DNA of 36,492 bases from an uncultured bacterium (GTDB taxonomy: Bacteria > Gemmatimonadota > Gemmatimonadetes > Gemmatimonadales > Gemmatimonadaceae). This document shows, piece by piece, positions 29,775 through 36,492 of the stretch (position 1 is the stretch's first letter; each line of letters opens with the position of its first letter). The notes under the pieces were generated by a model. The model worked only from the letters and a program-made list of their open reading frames with translations, did not search any database and was not told the origin of the DNA. The DNA lies in contig CAXBQP010000032.1 of assembly GCA_963978095.1 (NCBI GenBank), forward strand, positions 1 to 36,492, given 5' to 3'. The position numbers and the translations under genes are program-made.

Positions 29775-31283
29775 CTAGACCACGAACTCGCCGCGCGAGA
29801 CCGCGTCAGCGAGGGCGATGATATCGGGCGAGAGTACGCGATCGTCGGTGAGCGGCGCCACATGTGCACGTACCGACAGGAACGCCCGCTCCACTCGCTG
29901 TCCACCCCGCAGGGGACGGCGATACTCGATGCCCTGCGCCGCGACCATGAGTTCGATGCCGAGGATGTGCTGGACGTTCCGAATGATGCGGCGCAACTTC
30001 CACGCCGCGCCCATGGCCATCGGCACGACGTCTTCCTTGCTGCCGTCCGTCGGAATCGTATCGACACTGGCCGGGTGCGCAAGCACTTTGCATTCGCTCG
30101 CGAGGGACGCGGCGGTCACCTGCGCCATCATGAAGCCGCTGTGGACACCGGCGTCACGCGCGAGGAAAGGCGGGAGCCCTTCGTTGAGGTCCGGATGTAC
30201 GACCCGATCGATGCGACGTTCCGCCATGGTGGCCAGATTGGTCATGGCGATGGCGAGGAAATCGAGCGCCATGGCAACGGCCTGGCCATGGAAGTTGCCG
30301 CCCGACAGCATCGTCCCATCGTCGAAAACCAGCGGGTTGTCGGTGGCCGCGTTGAGTTCACGACCGATCACTCCTTCGGCGAAGCGGATCGCATCCAGCA
30401 CGGGCCCATGGACCTGCGGCATGCAGCGCAGCGCATACGCGTCCTGTACGCGGGCGTCACCCTCGCGATGCGATTCGCGGATTTCGCTCCCCGTCAACAG
30501 GCTCGCCAGCAGCGCGGCCGACTCCTTCTGCCCGTCCTGCCCTCGCGCCTCGTGAATGCGGGGATCGAACGCGGTCGGGGTTCCCAAGAGCGCCTCCAGC
30601 GACATCGCCCCCGCGACGTGCGCCGTGTGCCAGAGCGTGCGCGCATCGCGAACCGCGAGGGCCGCGACCGCGGTATGCGCCTGCGTCCCATTGATGAGGG
30701 TGATCCCCTCCTTGGGCCCGAGCGTGAGCGGGGTGAGCCCGGCGCCGGCCAGCATCGCCGCGGCGGGGCCCACGCGATCCCCGTGGTGCAGCATCCCCTC
30801 ACCGATCAGCGCACACGCCAATGTCGCCAATGGAGCAAGATCGCCGCTGGCGCCGACGGATCCCTGTTCCGCTACCGGCGGCCAGAGGTCGGCGTTCAGC
30901 ATCTCACAGAGCAGGGCCGGAACCTCGGGACGCGCCCCGGAGAAGCCCTTGGCGATTACGTTCGCGCGCAGCAGCATCATCGCACGGACCTCGTGCTTGG
31001 GCAGCAGCGGGCCAACCGCCGCCGCGTGCGAGCGCACCAGATTCACCTGCAGCGCCGCGAGCTTGTCCGGAGGAATCGCGATGTCCGACAGTTTGCCGAA
31101 CCCGGTCGTGACCCCATACACGACCGCGTTCCGCGCCACGATGTCCATCACGACCCGATTGGAGGCGAGCATGCGCATCCGCGCCGCCTCCGAGAGCCGC
31201 ACGTTTGCCCGGTGCTCGGCAACCGCAGCCACCGCATCCAGGGTCAGCGAACTTCCATCTATCTCGACGAACGCAATCGGCAT
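29775..31283 (-). CDS. hutH: Histidine ammonia-lyase
   Basis: VYGVTTGFG, NLVRSH, MIO-forming GSVGASGDLAPL, KEGITLINGTQ, QDAYALRC, SGGNFHG. ATG lies 2 nt after the lptD stop. Confidence 0.97.
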   Translation of the reverse strand: MPIAFVEIDGSSLTLDAVAAVAEHRANVRLSEAARMRMLASNRVVMDIVARNAVVYGVTTGFGKLSDIAIPPDKLAALQVNLVRSHAAAVGPLLPKHEVRAMMLLRANVIAKGFSGARPEVPALLCEMLNADLWPPVAEQGSVGASGDLAPLATLACALIGEGMLHHGDRVGPAAAMLAGAGLTPLTLGPKEGITLINGTQAHTAVAALAVRDARTLWHTAHVAGAMSLEALLGTPTAFDPRIHEARGQDGQKESAALLASLLTGSEIRESHREGDARVQDAYALRCMPQVHGPVLDAIRFAEGVIGRELNAATDNPLVFDDGTMLSGGNFHGQAVAMALDFLAIAMTNLATMAERRIDRVVHPDLNEGLPPFLARDAGVHSGFMMAQVTAASLASECKVLAHPASVDTIPTDGSKEDVVPMAMGAAWKLRRIIRNVQHILGIELMVAAQGIEYRRPLRGGQRVERAFLSVRAHVAPLTDDRVLSPDIIALADAVSRGEFVV

Positions 31284-31285
31284 GG

Positions 31286-34200
31286 TCAGGGAGTGGAACC
31301 GACCTGCTGGCGATAACTCGCGCGGTCGTAGTTGAATTTGAGATCCGGCTCGGCCTTGAGCGAGATGAAGAACGTGAATGCGAAATTGCCATTCGGCGCT
31401 TGCGTGAACCCGAAGATCGCACGCCAGTCGTGCATGTCGCGCTGGAGCGAAACCGTCTGCGCCCCGAACTCCGCGCGTTCGACGTCGTAGTTGGTGGAAT
31501 ATGAACTCGACCACTTCTCGGTCAAGTTGAAATTGAGTCGCGTCTGGATATTGGTCTGGGGCGGAACACGCACGAACGTGCCACCCGCGGTCGTTTGCGT
31601 GTTCGTGATGTCCTGGGACGAGCTGTTGGACAGCGCCGCCTGGACGCACACCTGGTATTGAATGGGATTGATGTCCTTCAGCGCCTGGCACTGGACCGTA
31701 ACGTCGAAATCGCGGCTCCGATAGTTGCCGGTCGGCGTGCGCTGTTGGTTCTTGGTGAAGGTGAAGGAGGCATCGAACCCTTTGACGGCACCGAGCCCTT
31801 GCGGGCCCTCCCGCATCGACTGGCCGGCGACCGCCTGTGAGCCCTGCAACCGTGAGCCCGGCAGGGCGCGGTCACCCGTTCCGGCGGAAGCGCTATCGAC
31901 CGGGGCCGCAACCGCTGGGCGCGCCCCTCCACCAAACAACCGACCGAAGAGCTTCACGATCGATGACTCGGCGTTGAGGTTGAAGCTCGCGCGAATGGAT
32001 TCGAGATATGGACTGAACTTGGCCGTGTCACTCAAGACACTACCCTGGAAGAGTGAATAGTCTGCGCCGAAGTCGAAGCCGGGCAACAGGTCCGAGCGAA
32101 GGCTGTATCCGAAGCGGTCGGTCGCGAAACCGGACTTGCCGGTCTTCGCCGCACGTTCGAAATCATACGTGATCGGCGTGAAGGTCAGCGACACCACCTT
32201 GAGCTTGCGCCCCCCTTCCGGGTTGTTGATGGCGGAGTCGCCGCCCTGCTTGATCTTGGCCTCGATGCTCTGCGTGAGCGACATCGTCACGCGATTCTGC
32301 GCGAGATTGCCCAGGTAGCCGCTCGAGGTGCGCCCGGTCGCCAGCATGTAGTCATTGTTCACCGTGGCGGACGGCGCGAACGAATACTGGAACGACGGTG
32401 TGAGCGAATGCCGGAATCGCGAGACCGAACCGAAGCCCGGGAACAATCCGAAGAACGTCGGGCTGATGCTGAGCGAGAAACTCGGACGCTTGCTCTGGGA
32501 GACCCACCGGGAACCCGAGAAGTGGCTCCGCACGAAGAACGCACCGGGGTCGACGTTGCTCAACGAGACGCTGGGCGCGAGGTTCCACGTGCCTTGGAAG
32601 AACGATGGAAGTCCGAAGCTGAAATCCCAGTTGATCTGACTCAGGTACGTCCGCGAGAACACCCGGCTGATCCGTCGCGTCGTATCGTTCGGATCGACAA
32701 TCGTCTGAATCTCCGGGAAATCGTTGAGGCGATCCGACGCCGTGATCCCGGTATTGATCTGAAGTTCGAAATCCTTGAAGGGCGTCTGGAACTTGAAGGG
32801 CGAGTTGAACGACAGCTGCGTCGTGCGGGTGTTGCGATCGACCTTGGTGCTGTCGAGTGAACCGTCGGACCGCGTGAAATACCGGCGGGTGAAGTCCCCG
32901 GACTGGTCCAGATGCAGACTCGACGACGTGCTCGTGGAGAACGACGGTGTCCAGAGCGCCCACGTCGCGAGATCGATCGGCTTTGACGTCACGTTGAGGC
33001 TCGGCAGATCCTGATCGATCTGCGAACGGCCCGGATACTGCCGCCGCGTGCCGCCGAGGCTCACCGAGACCAATCCCATGTCGCGCTGATAGTTGATCTG
33101 TGAGGCGATCGTGCCGATGGCCTGCAGGGCATTGAGGGTCGTCTGCCGTTGCACGGTGGTGCTCGTGACGTAGTTCGCGTTCATCGTCAGACGCGAATGG
33201 ATCGAGAAATCCTGTTGGTGCGCCCACGACACCGAGGTATTGGACAGACCGCTGCTCAGCGTCTGACTCGACAAGGCGAGGCGGCCGCTGACAAAACGGT
33301 TGAGCCAGCGATACCGGATCTCGCCGTTGATCCGTGTCCAGCCGGGGTCGTAGTCGGTCGCGTTGGCGGCACTGCGCCAATCCAGCGAGAACGCCGCGTC
33401 GTAGTAGTCGCTGAGATTGAAATAGTACCCGATGTTCTCGACATTGCGGCGATACGTCGGGCTGTTGCGCACGAGCTCGGCGAGCCCGAACCGCGGCGTG
33501 AGGATGCCGCTGCGTCGCCCGGACCGTGCGTCCTGGAATATGAACGGCAGCCACGCCACCGGCACATCCTGGATGTACAGCACCGCGGGGCGGGCGACGA
33601 CCCAGTTTCCGGAGATTCGCTTCAGTTCCTTGGCGACGAAATCGTAGTGCGGGATCGAATCCTCGCAACTCGTGATCACCCCGTCGCGACCGTAGAAGAC
33701 ATTCCCCTCCGTGGCTGTGGAGTCAGTCGCGAACGCCGCACGATGCGCCTTGACCAGCCACCGTTGGCCGCTCGTTGCGGCCGTCTCGACGTCGCGCATC
33801 GTTCCCTGCTTCAGCTCGACGTCGTAGTTCATCCATTCGTGTGCCACCACGTCCTCGCCGCGCGAGGGGTCACGCATCGTGATCTTCGGACCCTGCGCCC
33901 GGAGGGTCGTACTCGTGTCCGTGTAGGCGATCGTGTCGGCCACGATCTGCGTGGGGTCGCGCTCGACGGCCGCGAGCTCCTTCTTGTCGCCGATCAGCAT
34001 GATCGTGCGCGACTCCGAGGCGAACTCGACCACTGCCGCCTTGTACCGGACAACGTTGTATCCTTTGCGCTTCAGGAGGTCGAGCGTCACCGAATCGGCG
34101 ACTCCCCAATCCACCAACGGGCCCTTCGCGTCCTTCCCGGCCTTGCCGGATGAATCCTTCGGGCTCCGCGACGAACGAAGATCCGGCGTCCGTCCGCTAC

Positions 34201-34363
34201 CGGCAGCCGACTGACCGGGAGGCACCGGAATCCCACCGCCCCCACCTGCGGCCTGCGCCGCGACGGACGCCGGCATGGCGGCAAGCAGCATGGCCATCAC
34301 GCGAATCCCCGCGCCGGATCGGACCCGCGAGACCTTGGGCAGCGTGTGCTGCCAAACGATCAC
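31286..34363 (-). CDS. lptD: Putative LPS-assembly outer membrane protein LptD
   Basis: Signal peptide ending VAAQ, ITSCEDSIPHY..AKELK, PAVLYIQDVPVAWLPF, RRSGILTP, GYYF..SDYYD, beta-strand-rich body, LQRDMHDW..F. GTG overlaps the tatC stop. Confidence 0.85.
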   Translation of the reverse strand: MIVWQHTLPKVSRVRSGAGIRVMAMLLAAMPASVAAQAAGGGGGIPVPPGQSAAGSGRTPDLRSSRSPKDSSGKAGKDAKGPLVDWGVADSVTLDLLKRKGYNVVRYKAAVVEFASESRTIMLIGDKKELAAVERDPTQIVADTIAYTDTSTTLRAQGPKITMRDPSRGEDVVAHEWMNYDVELKQGTMRDVETAATSGQRWLVKAHRAAFATDSTATEGNVFYGRDGVITSCEDSIPHYDFVAKELKRISGNWVVARPAVLYIQDVPVAWLPFIFQDARSGRRSGILTPRFGLAELVRNSPTYRRNVENIGYYFNLSDYYDAAFSLDWRSAANATDYDPGWTRINGEIRYRWLNRFVSGRLALSSQTLSSGLSNTSVSWAHQQDFSIHSRLTMNANYVTSTTVQRQTTLNALQAIGTIASQINYQRDMGLVSVSLGGTRRQYPGRSQIDQDLPSLNVTSKPIDLATWALWTPSFSTSTSSSLHLDQSGDFTRRYFTRSDGSLDSTKVDRNTRTTQLSFNSPFKFQTPFKDFELQINTGITASDRLNDFPEIQTIVDPNDTTRRISRVFSRTYLSQINWDFSFGLPSFFQGTWNLAPSVSLSNVDPGAFFVRSHFSGSRWVSQSKRPSFSLSISPTFFGLFPGFGSVSRFRHSLTPSFQYSFAPSATVNNDYMLATGRTSSGYLGNLAQNRVTMSLTQSIEAKIKQGGDSAINNPEGGRKLKVVSLTFTPITYDFERAAKTGKSGFATDRFGYSLRSDLLPGFDFGADYSLFQGSVLSDTAKFSPYLESIRASFNLNAESSIVKLFGRLFGGGARPAVAAPVDSASAGTGDRALPGSRLQGSQAVAGQSMREGPQGLGAVKGFDASFTFTKNQQRTPTGNYRSRDFDVTVQCQALKDINPIQYQVCVQAALSNSSSQDITNTQTTAGGTFVRVPPQTNIQTRLNFNLTEKWSSSYSTNYDVERAEFGAQTVSLQRDMHDWRAIFGFTQAPNGNFAFTFFISLKAEPDLKFNYDRASYRQQVGSTP

Positions 34364-35151
34364 GCGCCGATCCCGGCCGGCATCGCGTCGGCGGCATCGG
34401 CATTCTTCACGCGCCGACGGAAAATGATCCACGAGAGCAGGATGCTCAGTTCGTAGAGCCCGTACACCGGGACGAACAGGATCAGCGTCGAGATGATGAG
34501 ATCGCCGGGAGTGATGATCTCGCAGGCGATGAGGCCGATGACGAAGGCGTGTCGGCGGTACTTCGCGAGCAGCTTCGGCGTCACCAATCCCAACGCGGTG
34601 AGCAGCAGGATCAGAATGGGAACTTCGAACATCACGCCGAACGCGAGCGAGATGGAAAAGAGGAATCCGACGTACTCGGACAGCGACAGCAGGCTTTGCA
34701 CCGCCTCGGTCTGGATTCCTTCCACCAAGCCCATCGTGATGGGAACGAAGACGAACACCGACGTGGCGACGCCAATCAGAAACAGGACGGCCGCACCGAT
34801 CAGCACGGGGATGATGACCCGCCGTTCCTTCGGCATCAGCGCTGGTGACAGGAACGCCCAGATCTGGTACGCGATCACCGGACTCGCCATCACGACGCCG
34901 AGCCCTCCGGCGATCTGCAACAGGATGGTGAACTTCTCCATCGGATGGGTCACGATGAGCTTCTGCCCATGCAAGTACGGGAGGATCGGGTGCACGATCC
35001 ACCAAATCACGTCCACATTCATGCACAGCGTCATCGACACCATGAAGGCCACGATCAGGGCGAGCAACATCTTCATGATGCGCCAGCGCAGTTCCTCGAG
35101 ATGGTCGAGGAACGGCATCTCCGATCCGCCGTGCTCCTGCTCCGTGCTCAC
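34360..35151 (-). CDS. tatC: Twin-arginine translocase subunit TatC
   Basis: EMPFLDHLEELRWR, YQIWAFLSPAL..ER, FGVMFEVP, ITPGD, LYELSI. Confidence 0.97.
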   Translation of the reverse strand: MSTEQEHGGSEMPFLDHLEELRWRIMKMLLALIVAFMVSMTLCMNVDVIWWIVHPILPYLHGQKLIVTHPMEKFTILLQIAGGLGVVMASPVIAYQIWAFLSPALMPKERRVIIPVLIGAAVLFLIGVATSVFVFVPITMGLVEGIQTEAVQSLLSLSEYVGFLFSISLAFGVMFEVPILILLLTALGLVTPKLLAKYRRHAFVIGLIACEIITPGDLIISTLILFVPVYGLYELSILLSWIIFRRRVKNADAADAMPAGIGA

Positions 35152-35181
35152 GTCGTGTGACTCCCGGGCGCGCGAGCGGCC

Positions 35182-35973
35182 TTACTTCAGGGTCTTGAGA
35201 TTGTCGGCCGCGAGCTGCATCTCATCGGAACGCGGATACTTCTCAATGATCTGCTGGAACAGCGTCCGCGCCCGGCGGACATTCCCGGACGACCGAGCGG
35301 CCATGGCCTGCTTGTAGAGCGCCGTCGGCGCACGATCGCTCTTGGGATACTTCGCCACGACCTGCGCATAGGCCGAGTCCGCCGCGGAGGCATTGGCCTC
35401 GGCGGCATACGTCTCCGCCACGCCGAATTGCGCATCCGCCGCAAGCGGATCGGTGGGGTACTGCGCGAGCAGCTCGACGAAGCCGGCACGTGCGGACGCC
35501 GAGCTCCCCCGACGCAACTGCGCGGTCGCGAGTTGATACAATTGCGCTGGTCCCGCCGCCTGCCCGGTCGCCGCTGCCCCAGCGGCGCTCGCCGCGGCAG
35601 CCTGCGTCGAGGCCTCCTGAGACTTCGCTTCCAAATCCGCCCGGAGATCCTGCAGACGCTTCTGGCTCTGTCCGGTGAGTTCCTGCACGGTGATGAGCTG
35701 GCGATTGATCGAGTGCAGTTGCGCATCGAAATCCGCTTGCATACGCGACAGGAACACGTTCACGGCCTTCAACGTGTCGGCCACCCCGGCCACGGCGCGC
35801 TGGGTCTGGCGCAACTGTTCGCGGTGCGCCGAGTCCGCACGGGTGGCTTCGGCACGGATCACCGCCATGTCGTTCTGCAAGACGCGCAGATCCTCGCGGG
35901 TCGCAAAACAGGCGGCGGACGTCGCGGCCAGACCGAGCACGGCGAATCGGCGGAGTGCATCAAGAGTCGTCAT
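35182..35973 (-). CDS. cpoB: Tol-Pal system protein CpoB/YbgF (predicted lipoprotein)
   Basis: Lipobox-like TSAAC, coiled coil, C-terminal TPRs (YPTDPLAADAQF, YPKSDRAPTALYK, YPRS). Immediately downstream of pal. Confidence 0.88.
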   Translation of the reverse strand: MTTLDALRRFAVLGLAATSAACFATREDLRVLQNDMAVIRAEATRADSAHREQLRQTQRAVAGVADTLKAVNVFLSRMQADFDAQLHSINRQLITVQELTGQSQKRLQDLRADLEAKSQEASTQAAAASAAGAAATGQAAGPAQLYQLATAQLRRGSSASARAGFVELLAQYPTDPLAADAQFGVAETYAAEANASAADSAYAQVVAKYPKSDRAPTALYKQAMAARSSGNVRRARTLFQQIIEKYPRSDEMQLAADNLKTLK

Positions 35974-35977
35974 GAGA

Positions 35978-36426
35978 TTACCGGGGAGCTCTCAGGGTTT
36001 CGCCGCCAGCGATGATTTCGAACTCGCCGCGGCGGTTCTTGGCCCAACTATCCTCGTCGTGACGGTCGGTCAGCGGATGTTCGCGACCGAAACTCACGGT
36101 TTCGATCCGCTCGTCGCCGACGCCACGGGCGGTGAAGTAGCGCTTCACGCTCGCGGCACGCCGCTGTCCGAGGGCCAGGTTGTATTCATCGGCGCCGCGC
36201 TCGTCGGTGTGACCGGCGACGCGAATATGCACCCGCGGATTCGCGAGCAGGATCGGTAGTTTGGCGTCCAGCACCGCGCGCTGATCGGCGCTGATCTCGT
36301 CTGCGTCGTAGGCGAAATAAATGCGCTCGAGAAGCGTGCCGCGTGCCGTCTCTGCGGCGCGCCGCTCGTCGGCAGTCACGGGACCGGTGCCGGCGACGGC
36401 AGATGTCGAGGTCGCGCGCGTGGTGC
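35978..36426 (-). CDS. pal: Peptidoglycan-associated lipoprotein Pal (OmpA-like domain), 5' truncated
   Basis: IYFAYD, VAGHTDERGADEYNLALGQRRA, VSFGREHP, WAKNRRGEF. The N-terminus is missing and replaced by adapter sequence. Confidence 0.9.
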
Positions 36427-36492
36427 AGATCGGAAGAGCACACGTCTGAACTCCAGTCACGTGGCCTTATCTCGTATGCCGTCTTCTGCTTG
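36427..36492 (+). other. Illumina TruSeq indexed adapter (technical artefact)
   Basis: AGATCGGAAGAGCACACGTCTGAACTCCAGTCAC-GTGGCCTT-ATCTCGTATGCCGTCTTCTGCTTG at the sequence end. Confidence 0.99.

Noticed and set aside
28065..31283. Ergothioneine catabolism (ergothionase/thiourocanate hydratase)
   Set aside because: HutH retains the MIO-forming ASG and the histidine-specific SH motif, and HutU looks canonical.
31286..35026. Apparent N-terminal extensions or fusions (1246-aa LptD, 638-aa HutH, 385-aa ComB, 442-aa peptidase, 436-aa PilT)
   Set aside because: The extensions are out-of-frame read-through of upstream genes. True starts lie at or next to the upstream stop codons.
35900..35973. Twin-arginine signal in CpoB (LRRFAVL) next to tatC
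   Set aside because: Poor match to S/T-R-R-x-F-L-K. Better explained as a Sec lipoprotein signal.

Overview
High-GC bacterial chromosomal segment, probably Gemmatimonadota (inferred from protein style and gene order, not from a marker gene). It is almost entirely housekeeping genes on the minus strand, many coupled by overlapping stop/start codons. Reading right to left: pal-cpoB-tatC-lptD-hutH-hutU-radical SAM-hutI; TPR-polyprenyl synthase-membrane protein-tatA; ppiD/surA (plus strand); TPR-aroQ-M24 peptidase-accB-pilT/U-accC-comB-ftsK-hydrolase-yraN; recA-recX; a plus-strand GNAT gene; alaS-hypothetical-gmhA-SDR-epimerase-cca (runs off the left edge and is missing from the ORF track). No mobile element, CRISPR array or RNA gene was recognised. 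The last 66 nt are an untrimmed Illumina TruSeq adapter. The most interesting signal is the ~270-bp yraN-recA intergenic region. It holds an exact PafBC/RecA-NDp-type promoter motif (TGTCGG-N10-TAnnnT, known from Actinobacteria), a second sigma70-like promoter overlapped by a duplicated CCGAAC-N6-CGAA direct-repeat motif, three DnaA boxes around an AT-rich patch, and a perfect 12-bp inverted repeat bracketing the distal part. Two gene-order anomalies also stand out: a radical SAM gene inside the hut cluster and a pilT/U gene between accB and accC.
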